From: Alphaproteobacteria bacterium
GTDB lineage: Bacteria > Pseudomonadota > Alphaproteobacteria > Rs-D84
Length of the DNA: 64,000 nt
Assembly (NCBI GenBank): GCA_033345275.1
Contig: JAWPOF010000007.1
Location: 215,892 to 279,891, forward strand
Direction: 5' to 3'
Notes under the pieces: generated by a model
Seen by the model: the letters and a program-made list of their open reading frames with translations, nothing else
Databases searched by the model: none
What the model was told of the DNA's origin: nothing
Translations under genes and position numbers: made by a program
Shown here: positions 20,308-29,574 of the stretch, piece after piece
Position numbering within the stretch: position 1 is the first letter of the stretch
How the letters are laid out: each line of letters opens with the position of its first letter

Positions 20308-20993
20308 TTTATTTCAACCACAGCTATTCCCAGATTCTGTTTGTCCTTCATTCGTTGGCGCACATAGTCCATCATATCAACATCTATGACCGTCCCCCGT
20401 TCACTGGACGCATGTCGCAGGACACCATTCGGCAACCACAACCCCATATGCACGACCGCCAAATCGGTGCCCATTGTATCATGAATTTTTGGGTTGTCAG
20501 TAATAAACAACACTATCACAGGCGTATCTATTTTTACATCTGCCACATACTTATATGGTATATATTCCAAATCCACCACAACGGGCGCAACATCTACATC
20601 CAACCCATGCGCGACACGGAACCAATTCGCCTTGTCAATCACAACACGACGCACGGCTGTTGGCGCATATTGCGCACTAGCATTACGCACAATACCAGAA
20701 TTGTTCGCCAACCAATCAGATTCAATAAAATGATTACGAGTCAAAAATCCAACTTTGCCGTCCTTGTATCGAATTTGTGTCAAGCAACACTCACAACCAT
20801 CCGCCAGCACCGTTTCCACAAATGTGGTACAATCAAACGCATCAAATCGTATCAGCGGATCATCATCGGGCAAAAAACCTTCGCCCAGCGGAGAATTTAT
20901 ATACCGCGCCCCTAAATAAGACTGACCGGAGTCGCTGTCACCACAACCGCCACACCCGGCCAGAAAAACCAACAATAAAATTCCGCGCCACAT
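20304..20993 (-). CDS. DUF1460-like lipoprotein (amidase/transglutaminase-like fold)
   Basis: It has the lipobox 'LVFLAGCGGC' and 'YLGARYINSPLGEG...FDCTTFVETVLA'. Confidence 0.55.
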   Translation of the reverse strand: MWRGILLLVFLAGCGGCGDSDSGQSYLGARYINSPLGEGFLPDDDPLIRFDAFDCTTFVETVLADGCECCLTQIRYKDGKVGFLTRNHFIESDWLANNSGIVRNASAQYAPTAVRRVVIDKANWFRVAHGLDVDVAPVVVDLEYIPYKYVADVKIDTPVIVLFITDNPKIHDTMGTDLAVVHMGLWLPNGVLRHASSERGTVIDVDMMDYVRQRMKDKQNLGIAVVEIK

Positions 20994-20994
20994 T

Positions 20995-21300
20995 TTACAA
21001 ATTTTCTTTTAATCGAATCCCGGTATGACACAGCGAGACAGCATCGCGAATCAACAACTCGCCACTATTGTCCAAAGTTGCCATTTTATCCACACAGGCC
21101 ACCAGCAGTTCGATATCTTTATCTGTGCCACTTAAAATTTGCGCAGCTGACACACGACTGTCCACTGATGCTGCCCGCCAATTTTTCAGTGTCCCTGTTT
21201 CCAAGGCCCCACTGCGTTGTGCAAAAAAGAACACCATCACAACCAAAACCAGCGCACAAATACCGATACCAATCTTCAGATACTTTTTCAAAGAATTCAT
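20995..21300 (-). CDS. small exported/membrane hypothetical protein
   Basis: The 101-aa product has the N-terminal hydrophobic segment 'IGIGICALVLVVMVFFF'. Confidence 0.4.
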   Translation of the reverse strand: MNSLKKYLKIGIGICALVLVVMVFFFAQRSGALETGTLKNWRAASVDSRVSAAQILSGTDKDIELLVACVDKMATLDNSGELLIRDAVSLCHTGIRLKENL

Positions 21301-21692
21301 TTCTCTCTCTCCTGTTCCAAACTAAGCATTAGACGTGCAAATTTACCATGTTGCTTGCGAGCCTTCACAATCAAATCAGCATCTGTTATCTGTCTGGTAT
21401 CTTTGTGAAAAACAACCCTATCCACAACAATCTTGGTTGGCGTATTTGTGTACAACAGCCCATCACAATCCCTTTCACAAGCAATATCCTTTGCCGACAC
21501 CTGATAAATAGTCGTCCACACACCGCCAGGTTTTAAATAATTGGACTGCGACTCGGCCAACTTCCTTTCCGCAATCCCCCGCGTAGGACAAATCCAAACA
21601 CGACAATCCGACTTACACCACTCGCACCCAACGTGATGTTCAACACTTGGATTCCCCAGCATATAGCCAACCATATTCTTCATTTTTTTCAT
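21297..21692 (-). CDS. hypothetical Cys-containing protein
   Basis: The 131-aa ORF has a 4-nt overlap with the downstream ORF. No recognisable motif. Confidence 0.4.
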   Translation of the reverse strand: MKKMKNMVGYMLGNPSVEHHVGCEWCKSDCRVWICPTRGIAERKLAESQSNYLKPGGVWTTIYQVSAKDIACERDCDGLLYTNTPTKIVVDRVVFHKDTRQITDADLIVKARKQHGKFARLMLSLEQEREK

Positions 21693-21704
21693 TTTTACAA
21701 TCCC

Positions 21705-22058
21705 TTATTCGCAACGCACCAGCCAAACATCATAATCTGCATGCTGTAATGGATTCTGCCCAGGCTCGTTACGATTCATCCAATTACTGTAAATCAATTC
21801 TCTATCTTCAGTAATTTCCAGAAACGCCCAATAATCTTCTGCCTCGAACGGATCGCTTTGTTTACATGCACGTACATTTATAAACAGTTTTTCATGTTGC
21901 GCTTCATCTCCTACCGATATTTTTATTTCCTGGGCTTTGCCGGCATCCTTGTTCATTACACGCAACACCGCGACATCCCGTTCAACAAAAGCCGTCGCCA
22001 ACTGCGGCAACGCACAAACCAACAACAAAGCAACAAGCAGATTTTTCATACCGAACAT
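21705..22058 (-). CDS. DUF2155-domain periplasmic protein
   Basis: 'AVLRVMNKDAGKAQEIKISVG...FINVRACKQSDPFEAEDYWAFLEI...HADYDVWLVRC' matches the alphaproteobacterial DUF2155 pattern. It has a signal peptide, and the start is uncertain. Confidence 0.6.
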   Translation of the reverse strand: MFGMKNLLVALLLVCALPQLATAFVERDVAVLRVMNKDAGKAQEIKISVGDEAQHEKLFINVRACKQSDPFEAEDYWAFLEITEDRELIYSNWMNRNEPGQNPLQHADYDVWLVRCE

Positions 22059-22149
22059 ATTACAGCCCCAATACCACAAAGTCAATTTATTAAACAATCA
22101 AAGTTCAAAAAAACGCCCCGCTTTTTCCCAGAGCAGGGCGCAACACTTT

Positions 22150-24549
22150 TTACTTTTTTACAACAAAGTTAACCAACTTTTTCGGCACCACAATCGTTTT
22201 AATGATTTCTGCCCCTTGCAGTTTGGCGCACGCTACGCTTTTTGCGGTGGCCACAATCTCATTTTCATCCGCACCCACAGGCACAACAAAATCACTTACA
22301 CGTTTACCATTTATCGACACAACGACTGTCACCTGTGTTACAATCAGTTTATCTTTGTCAAATGTTGGCCACGGCGTGAACACCAGCATTTCATCATGTC
22401 CAATTTTTTCCCACATTTCTTCGGTTAAATGTGGCGCAAATGGATTCAGCACCTGCAACAACGCTTCGTACGCAGGGCGGGGCATAGTTCCGCCAGGGAA
22501 CGCATTGATATATTCCATCATGGCGGAAACAGTCGTATTAAACTTCATATTTTCCAGGCGTTCCGTTGAATCTGCAATCAATTTATGCATCAGTCGTTCT
22601 TGTTCCGCAGTCATTGGTGCTTCGGTCAAATTATCCGCCAAGTTTTCCACGCGCTTCAAGAAACGTTGAACGCCCGCCAACGCACCATCGGTCCACACGA
22701 CATTATTTTCCCACGGCCCCAGCGATAAAACCGCCACACGCCCCGCGTCCGCCCCAACATTGTCAACCAAGTCCGCCACCATAAACCCATTGCCACGAGA
22801 TTTGGACATTTTATACCCATCATTCCCCATCAACAATCCCTGAGCGGTACGCCTAGCGTATGGTTCCGGCGTATTAACCAGCCCCAAATCATACAGCGCA
22901 TGATGCCAAAACCGCGAATAAATCAAATGACGCGTATTATGTTCATGCCCACCGTTATAGTGTGTCACAGGCATCCAATTTTCCATCTGTTTGCGCGAAC
23001 AAAAGTCATTATCATTTTTCGGATCCAAATACCGCAGGAAATACCACGAAGACCCCGCCCATCCTGGCATAGTATCCGTTTCGCGACGCGCTGCTGCGCC
23101 ACAATGCGGGCAGGGCACATTTACCCAATCTGTCGCACGCGCCAACGGCCCTTCACCTTGGTCAGTTGGGCGATAATCCGACATATATGGTTGCATAACC
23201 GGCAATTGATCTTCTGGCACCGGCACCCAACCGCATTTATCACAATAAATCATCGGAATAGGCTCGCCCCAATACATCTGACGTGAAAACCCCCAATCTT
23301 TTAACTTATACTTGGTTGTTCCACGTGCGAACCCATGTTCGGTTCCATACTTAATCGCGGCCGCAATTGCATCATCTTTGCCCATGCCATCCAAGAACGA
23401 TGAATTAATATGCTTCCCGTCGCCTTCCCAAACTTTGTCTGGTTCACCACCTGCCAAAACAGGGATAATATCCAACCCAAATTTCTTGGCAAAGTCCCAA
23501 TCGCGCCCATCATGCGCCGGCACCGCCATAATCGTCCCATACGCATAGTCTGCTAACACATAGTCCGATGTGAACACCGGAATCTCGCGTCCATTAAATG
23601 GATTAACCGCCCGAATTCCCTTTAATTCAACGCCTGTCTTTTCTTTGGTCGCATCTGTCCTTTCGATTTCAGACTTAGTCGCAGATTCTTTAATATACGC
23701 ACGAACTTCGTCGGCATTTTCAATTTTTCCATCATCCAACCATTTTGCCAACAACTTGTGTTCAGGCGCAATCACACAAAAAGTCACACCAAATATGGTA
23801 TCAACTCGCGTTGTATAAACCGTCATAACATCATCGCCAACACGAAAATCGACATCCGCCCCACGCGATTTACCAATCAGATTTATTTCATCTTTTTTAA
23901 TACGTTCTTCAAAATCAATATCGTTCAAACCATCCAGCAACTTATCCGCGTACTTTGATAGCGCCAAATTCCACTGTAATTTTTCTTTTTTCTCGATAAG
24001 GCCATGACAACGCGGACATCTGTTATCTTCCAGTTCTTCATTTGTGAACGTTGTACGACATGACGGACACCAATTCATCGGCAGGGCAGACTTATACGCC
24101 AATCCCGCCTTCCAGAATTGAATAAACATCCACTGTGTCCATTTAATATATTCCGGATCTGATGTTGAAACACGCGTATCAGGACTGACCGACCAACCGA
24201 CACGATCAATCATATCAGAATATGCGATAATTAATTCACGCGCAACGTCGCGTGGATGCCTGCCAATTTTGGTTGCATAGTGTTCACCTGCAATTCCCAT
24301 AGCATCAAATCCCATCGGGAACAACACATCATACCCACGCGCACGACGAAAACGCGCCAAGACATCGATACCTGAATAATTCATCATGTGCCCCGCATGC
24401 ATTCCTGCCCCAGACAAGAACGGAAATTCCACCAATGTATAAAAACGCGGTTTAGAGCCATCGTCTTTCGGTATAAACGCGCGCGCATCGCGCCAACGTT
24501 TCTGCCACTTTGCCTCACGCTCATGAATCTTTTTAATATCGTCTGCCAT
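22150..24549 (-). CDS. leuS: leucyl-tRNA synthetase
   Basis: The 799-aa product has class I 'HAGH' and 'KMSKS' motifs and the LeuRS-typical 'TTRVDTIFGVTFCVIAPEH'. Confidence 0.88.
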   Translation of the reverse strand: MADDIKKIHEREAKWQKRWRDARAFIPKDDGSKPRFYTLVEFPFLSGAGMHAGHMMNYSGIDVLARFRRARGYDVLFPMGFDAMGIAGEHYATKIGRHPRDVARELIIAYSDMIDRVGWSVSPDTRVSTSDPEYIKWTQWMFIQFWKAGLAYKSALPMNWCPSCRTTFTNEELEDNRCPRCHGLIEKKEKLQWNLALSKYADKLLDGLNDIDFEERIKKDEINLIGKSRGADVDFRVGDDVMTVYTTRVDTIFGVTFCVIAPEHKLLAKWLDDGKIENADEVRAYIKESATKSEIERTDATKEKTGVELKGIRAVNPFNGREIPVFTSDYVLADYAYGTIMAVPAHDGRDWDFAKKFGLDIIPVLAGGEPDKVWEGDGKHINSSFLDGMGKDDAIAAAIKYGTEHGFARGTTKYKLKDWGFSRQMYWGEPIPMIYCDKCGWVPVPEDQLPVMQPYMSDYRPTDQGEGPLARATDWVNVPCPHCGAAARRETDTMPGWAGSSWYFLRYLDPKNDNDFCSRKQMENWMPVTHYNGGHEHNTRHLIYSRFWHHALYDLGLVNTPEPYARRTAQGLLMGNDGYKMSKSRGNGFMVADLVDNVGADAGRVAVLSLGPWENNVVWTDGALAGVQRFLKRVENLADNLTEAPMTAEQERLMHKLIADSTERLENMKFNTTVSAMMEYINAFPGGTMPRPAYEALLQVLNPFAPHLTEEMWEKIGHDEMLVFTPWPTFDKDKLIVTQVTVVVSINGKRVSDFVVPVGADENEIVATAKSVACAKLQGAEIIKTIVVPKKLVNFVVKK

Positions 24550-24888
24550 AATTTCGTCCTATGCGTTATTAAAATTGCCTTAAACACCAGTTTATATTTC
24601 ACGCGCACATTATTCAAGTTTTTTTATAAAGACACACAAAAAAATCTAGACTTTTTTGATTTTTCAATAAATACTTGTTACGGGGCACACACATGCCCCG
24701 GACATAGTGATGTGGCTTTGGCTTAGAACACCAAAACATTGAACGAAATGGCTATCACTTTATGTCCCGACCAAACGGTCGGGATGTCGTTGCTCGCAAG
24801 ACAACGAGGTCATCAATGTTTGACTGTTCTAACTCCCGACCACCACTTGCTATGGTGGTTTTTTATTATAATCGAAAGGAAAGAAAAT

Positions 24889-25443
24889 ATGTCAAGACTT
24901 AGAACTCTTGTCGCGTTTTCTGTTTGCGGGGCATTGACCGCAAATGGTGCAATTGCGGGTGGACCTTTTTCATTTTCCAACCCAAATAAACTAAGCGATA
25001 CATTTATGGTAATGACGGTGGCATACGCCCTGGGGCTAAGCAGTACCGAAGATAACTTTGACGGCGCTATTGAATTAGCCACCAGCATTGCCGGTGCTCA
25101 AATAATCGCCGAAGGCATCAAGGGCCTTGAACTGGAACGTCGCCCAAATGGTTCAGACTGGAAATCGTTCCCCAGTGGCCATGCCGCCGCCGCATTCAGC
25201 AGTGCAATGTTCGTCCACCGTCGTTACGGATGGAAACCGGCAATAATACCATATGCAATGGCCGCGGTAACTGGTTGGGGCCGGGTAAGGGCCGACGCAC
25301 ACTATTGGCACGACGTCCTGGGCGGGGCGGCGGTATCTGCGCTTTTTACATGGCTGGTTGTGGATAAATATGATACAGCGCAAAATATTACAGTTGCTGC
25401 CACCCCCGATAACATCCACGTCGGGTTCAAGACAGAATTTTAA
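24889..25443 (+). CDS. PAP2-family phosphatase (exported)
   Basis: ORF 24739..25443, with likely start MSRLRTLVAFSVCG at 24889. The PAP2 motifs are 'ERRPNG', 'PSGHAAAAFS' and 'RVRADAHYWHDVLGG'. Confidence 0.75.
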   Translation: MSRLRTLVAFSVCGALTANGAIAGGPFSFSNPNKLSDTFMVMTVAYALGLSSTEDNFDGAIELATSIAGAQIIAEGIKGLELERRPNGSDWKSFPSGHAAAAFSSAMFVHRRYGWKPAIIPYAMAAVTGWGRVRADAHYWHDVLGGAAVSALFTWLVVDKYDTAQNITVAATPDNIHVGFKTEF

Positions 25444-26147
25444 TATTTAAAACATGCTAAAAATTCGGTATTACCACTGCCACCTTTTATCGGAGACTCC
25501 GTAACTCCACACAACGAAAATCCGCACTTTTCAAACGCTTCAACGACACGCGCAATCGACTCTTTATGTAACTGTTGCGATTTTATAACACCATCATATT
25601 TTGCCGCGACTTCGCGCGGAACCTCGAACTGTGGCTTTATCAGCGCAATTATATTTTTCGCACCCCACGCCCCCAAACAACCAACGATATTCGTCAACGA
25701 TACAAACGACACATCGATTACAATTAAATCAACCGTCTCAGTCGGCACAACATCGCGAATATCGGTCTGTTCCATTGAAATCACACGCGGGTCATGACGC
25801 AGTTCTTCTGCCAACTGATTTGTCCCGACATCGACGGCATACACGCGCTGCGCCCCGCGTCGCAACAGCACGTCTGTAAATCCGCCGGTACTGGCCCCAA
25901 TATCCAGACAAAACAAACCATCTGGATTTATCTTGAAATAATCCAAGGCATGTTCTAACTTCAAACTGCCGCGACCAACGGAATAGGGCAAATCACCCCC
26001 AACAACAATATCTGTGGATTCTATCATTTGGCTGGGCTTCTTAGCCGGTTTTCCATTAACCGTCACCAACCCAGCACGAATACCCGCCACAGCCTTGGCG
26101 CGCGTCGGATACAAATTACGTTGAACTAATGCTATATCTAACCTCAT
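25440..26147 (-). CDS. tlyA: TlyA-family rRNA 2'-O-methyltransferase
   Basis: It has the S4-like N-terminus 'RLDIALVQRNLYPTRAKA' and the SAM motif 'CLDIGASTGGFTDVLL'. Confidence 0.88.
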   Translation of the reverse strand: MRLDIALVQRNLYPTRAKAVAGIRAGLVTVNGKPAKKPSQMIESTDIVVGGDLPYSVGRGSLKLEHALDYFKINPDGLFCLDIGASTGGFTDVLLRRGAQRVYAVDVGTNQLAEELRHDPRVISMEQTDIRDVVPTETVDLIVIDVSFVSLTNIVGCLGAWGAKNIIALIKPQFEVPREVAAKYDGVIKSQQLHKESIARVVEAFEKCGFSLCGVTESPIKGGSGNTEFLACFKY

Positions 26148-26183
26148 ACAAAATAAGGTAACATAAAAAATCTTAAAATCAAC

Positions 26184-26212
26184 TTGACATTTTATTTATT
26201 TTGTCTATATAA
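26184..26212 (+). promoter_or_regulatory. sigma70-like promoter
   Basis: TTGACA, a 16-nt spacer, then TATATA, 30 nt upstream of the small ORF at 26243. Confidence 0.45.
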
Positions 26213-26242
26213 CACATAACAAAAATGAAAGGATTTATACCC

Positions 26243-26494
26243 ATGGGTAAGAAAAACCAGATAAAAACAGAATGTAACGGATGCGAATTTAATTGCAAAA
26301 TCGACGCCGCACTGGCGCCCGGAAACGTCGGCGTAATACAACGACATTATCCAACAATCGGCGGCGAAACATATCACACATACACACAAAACAAGAAAAC
26401 AAAAGCCGTACCGTTCCTTGGAACGCGCGCAGGCGCCATACAATACGGTATAAAAATCGCAAAATTATGCTCTTTGAACACTAAAAAGCACTAA
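26243..26494 (+). CDS. small hypothetical protein (83 aa)
   Basis: ORF 26225..26494. The MGKKNQIKTECNGCEFNCK start is preceded by AAAGGA and a good promoter. No family recognised. Confidence 0.3.
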   Translation: MGKKNQIKTECNGCEFNCKIDAALAPGNVGVIQRHYPTIGGETYHTYTQNKKTKAVPFLGTRAGAIQYGIKIAKLCSLNTKKH

Positions 26495-26890
26495 AAACCG
26501 CAGAAATCCGCCATTTTTTCGATTTTTTTGACCCAGAATAGGGCACAAATCACCATTTTTAGACATTTTTACCTAAAAAGCCCCCATAACAACAAATCAG
26601 CAAAAATCAATTTATGACACTGATAACAAATCACTACCCAGCACTTTAAACACAAAACTTTAACTTTTTATCAAATCACAAAAAAACACTCAAATCCATT
26701 ATCAATATTATACCACAAATCAAACCAAAACGCAAACCAGACCGAAATCTATCGTTGCGCATCGGCCGAAAAAGGCAATTCATCCGGACACGACCGACAA
26801 AAGTGCAAAACGTCCCATAATCAATGGCATCACATCTGTCTATTATTATATCACACACACCGTTCGCCACAACGAACAAAACCCAAATCC

Positions 26891-27055
26891 ATCTATATTA
26901 TGTATACGTTTGTCCGTGCCACAGCACAGCAGATTCCCAAATTCCAAAATCATCTATATTATGTATACATTTGTCCGTGCCACAGCACAGCAGATTCCCA
27001 AATTCCAAAATTATCTATATTTATGTATACGTTTGTCTGTGCCACAGCACAGCAA
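26891..27055. repeat. 61-bp tandem repeat, about 2.7 copies
   Basis: The units are 26891-26951, 26952-27012 and 27013-~27055: ATCTATATTATGTATAC(G/A)TTTGTCCGTGCCACAGCACAGCAGATTCCCAAATTCCAAAAT. The first two units differ at 2 positions and the third is diverged and truncated. Confidence 0.85.
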
Positions 27056-27117
27056 ACTATACATAATATACATTATACGCCTTTTATTAGTCGCGCCCTA
27101 ACGTCGCCCCGCTGCAC

Positions 27118-27142
27118 AAAAAAAAACCGGCAAAAATCCGGT
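27118..27142 (-). terminator. mscL terminator
   Basis: On the minus strand, ACCGGATTTTTGCCGGT is followed by a T9 run, 35 nt after the mscL stop. Confidence 0.7.
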
Positions 27143-27176
27143 CTTATTGTTAATAATCGATTACCACAAACATAAA

Positions 27177-27758
27177 CTAATGCGTTGTAATCTTTTTTAT
27201 TTTCTTAATTGCGCCCAACGCATCATCAGCAACCCCGGTCGCAAACTTCGTCACTTCTTTAATTCCTTTTTTCAATTCGCTTTCTTCAACCTCGCCCGTT
27301 TTCACCGGTTCAACATCCGAACAGCAAAACGCACACTTAGTCGCGGCATTATTAATCGTCGAGTGACAATATGGACACGCATGCGTATTCGCCGGTTTTT
27401 TATCACGCATCTTGTTCATCGTGCGTACAAACAAGAATATCGCAAACATTGTGATAAAGAAGCTGACCACAGAATTTAAAAACACGCCCAAATTCAAAGT
27501 AGTCGCCCCCGCCGCCTGGGCCGCCGCAATTGTTTCATAATGCACCCCCGGCTGACCACCCCCCAAAACAAAGAACCATTGCGAGAAATCCACCCCACCA
27601 ACCAACAACCCAATAGGAGGCATAATAACATCTTTGACCAATGAATTTACCACCCCGGTCATAACGCTACCAACAATGATACCGACCGCCATATCGATAG
27701 CATTTCCACGTTGAACAAAAGTCCCAAATTCTTTTAATATTCCATTCTTTTTTGCCAT
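27177..27758 (-). CDS. mscL: large-conductance mechanosensitive channel MscL with zinc-ribbon-containing C-terminal extension
   Basis: The core is 'LKEFGTFVQRGNAIDMAVGIIVG...VIMPPIGLLVGGVDF'. The product is 193 aa versus about 140 typical, with the extra 'CPYCHSTINNAATKCAFCCSDV' and an acidic/Lys-rich tail. Confidence 0.88.
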   Translation of the reverse strand: MAKKNGILKEFGTFVQRGNAIDMAVGIIVGSVMTGVVNSLVKDVIMPPIGLLVGGVDFSQWFFVLGGGQPGVHYETIAAAQAAGATTLNLGVFLNSVVSFFITMFAIFLFVRTMNKMRDKKPANTHACPYCHSTINNAATKCAFCCSDVEPVKTGEVEESELKKGIKEVTKFATGVADDALGAIKKIKKITTH

Positions 27759-27761
27759 TTT

Positions 27762-28370
27762 TTACTCCTTGTCTTGTTTGTTTGAATATTCTTCTATTCC
27801 ACGCAAAACCGCCCCAAGCGTTTTACGCAAATTCTCGTCATGCGTTTCAACTGTTATATCTGCCAAAGCATAAATCCCATAACGCTCGTCAATCAGCTGC
27901 TGCAAAATTTTACGACTGTCCGCATTCAGCAACTGAGGGCGAGTATCGCGCGCGCCCGTACGCCTAACCAACAAATCTAAATCCGCACGCAACCACACCG
28001 ACAACGCCCTTTCCAAAATCATTTCGCGCACAGCCGGCGTAATAAAAGCCCCCTCGCCTGTAGAAATCACCTTCAAGGCCGGCGGAGTATCCAACAGCCG
28101 TTCAATCACCCGCTGTTCCACACGACGAAACTCTTCTTCGCCATACAACGAAAAAATATCAACTACACTACATCCAGCGGCAGCTTCTATCTCTTTATCT
28201 GAATCAACAAACGGAATCCCCAAGCGCCGCGCCAACGCACGCCCCACACTGGTCTTACCTGCCCCCATCAACCCAACCATAACAACAGGTCTGTCTATAA
28301 AATCATCTTTTGTTTCGCTCATAACAACATCCATCTTATCAAATTTCACAAAACTCTCAACAAAAAACAC
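27762..28370 (-). CDS. aroK: shikimate kinase
   Basis: 'VVMVGLMGAGKTSVGRALARRLGIPFVDSDKEIE'. The start codon is uncertain, with several in-frame Met. Confidence 0.85.
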   Translation of the reverse strand: MFFVESFVKFDKMDVVMSETKDDFIDRPVVMVGLMGAGKTSVGRALARRLGIPFVDSDKEIEAAAGCSVVDIFSLYGEEEFRRVEQRVIERLLDTPPALKVISTGEGAFITPAVREMILERALSVWLRADLDLLVRRTGARDTRPQLLNADSRKILQQLIDERYGIYALADITVETHDENLRKTLGAVLRGIEEYSNKQDKE

Positions 28371-28437
28371 ATTACCATTTTCAACAACAGGTATTTTATG
28401 CTATAATACAATCAAGATAACAAACCGAGAGAACATC

Positions 28438-29547
28438 ATGAAACCTAGAACACACCTAACAAATGCATCATTATTTTTACTTGCGTTTACGACCTGCGCA
28501 CACGCAGCAACACACACCAACGCACACACAACCTCTATCACAGCACACAGCATAGCCTCATTTCAACACAGCATAACACAAACCGTATTCTCGTCATTTT
28601 CGGGCAACGCTTATACCAAACTTGACACACAAAAAACACCCTGCAATTACGGTTTGCAAAAAACACACGAAGACCCCACAGCAACATACGGCCATGCACC
28701 AATGTACGGCACCGCGCCCACATACGGGGAATATAACGACGACGGACGGGCCGGCCGCAACGGAGGCGACACCTTTTCTACAAATACTGCACTCAGCAAC
28801 ATTTGGTTAAACTGGGAACACCTGAACGGAAACACCAAATTTGACAATTTCGCACACCTAGACTCTAAAACGAACATATATACATTTGGAATTGCAGGCG
28901 ACGCATCAGATTCAACACCAAGTCTATCCAAATGGGGACTGTATACCGGCTTTATCAAAAACCAACAAGAAACCCAAGAAATCGCAATCAAATCTCAGGG
29001 CGGCTATTTTGGAATCTATAATGGCAACAAAATTGGAAATACAGGCCTGTACTTTACCGCCAACGGTGGCGTACTAAACAACAAAACATCCGCAGCCCAC
29101 AACAACGACGAGTACACCAATTTCTGGGCAGGTGGCGCAATTAACGCGACATACGATTTTGCGATGGATACTACATTCACTTTACAACCCGGACTTAGTT
29201 TGGGCTATACATGGATACGTGGCGAAAACTATACATCCGCGTCCAACAAAATCGCATCCGACGACTTCCATATATTCGAAGTAACACCTGCTCTGCGCGC
29301 AATCAAACATATTTCCAACGGATGGTTTGGCGCACTTAACGCAAAATACATAATCCCCCTAAACAAAGGCGGCAAAACATACGTCAACAACACGCCCATC
29401 ACAACACCCCAAGCCGACGATTATCACGAATACACAATATCGCTTGAAAAAAGCGTCCATAACTTTAATCTGTATATAAATTTTGGCCGTCGCGACGGAA
29501 CCTATAGTGGCTGGATCAGCGACCTGAATATAAAATACATATTCTAA
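28438..29547 (+). CDS. outer-membrane beta-barrel protein (autotransporter-beta-like)
   Basis: It has signal peptide 'LFLLAFTTCAHA', alternating aromatic/Gly-rich strands and a C-terminal '...LNIKYIF' aromatic terminus. Confidence 0.6.
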   Translation: MKPRTHLTNASLFLLAFTTCAHAATHTNAHTTSITAHSIASFQHSITQTVFSSFSGNAYTKLDTQKTPCNYGLQKTHEDPTATYGHAPMYGTAPTYGEYNDDGRAGRNGGDTFSTNTALSNIWLNWEHLNGNTKFDNFAHLDSKTNIYTFGIAGDASDSTPSLSKWGLYTGFIKNQQETQEIAIKSQGGYFGIYNGNKIGNTGLYFTANGGVLNNKTSAAHNNDEYTNFWAGGAINATYDFAMDTTFTLQPGLSLGYTWIRGENYTSASNKIASDDFHIFEVTPALRAIKHISNGWFGALNAKYIIPLNKGGKTYVNNTPITTPQADDYHEYTISLEKSVHNFNLYINFGRRDGTYSGWISDLNIKYIF

Positions 29548-29574
29548 AAAAATCCCGCGTTTGCGGGATTTTTT
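29546..29574. terminator. bidirectional terminator between the OMP gene and prfA
   Basis: AAAAAA-ATCCCGCGTTTGCGGGAT-TTTTT. Confidence 0.75.

Noticed and set aside
26493-26508. Exact 16-mer AAAAACCGCAGAAATC shared in inverted orientation with 41025-41040, plus vaguely similar T/A-rich strings at about 11160-11215 and about 40420-40450
   Set aside because: About one exact 16-mer coincidence is expected by chance when both strands of a 64-kb window are compared with themselves. Flanking similarity is weak and AT-biased.
26891-27055. Possible CRISPR array
   Set aside because: The 61-bp units are directly contiguous with no unique spacers, there are only about 2.7 copies, and no cas genes are nearby. 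It is a plain tandem repeat.
26824-27175. Three overlapping + strand ORFs (80, 91 and 63 aa) with near-identical peptide segments (…CPCHSTADSQIPK…)
   Set aside because: All three read through the 61-bp tandem repeat in different frames. The internal similarity is a by-product of the DNA repeat. There is no RBS, and they are mutually exclusive.
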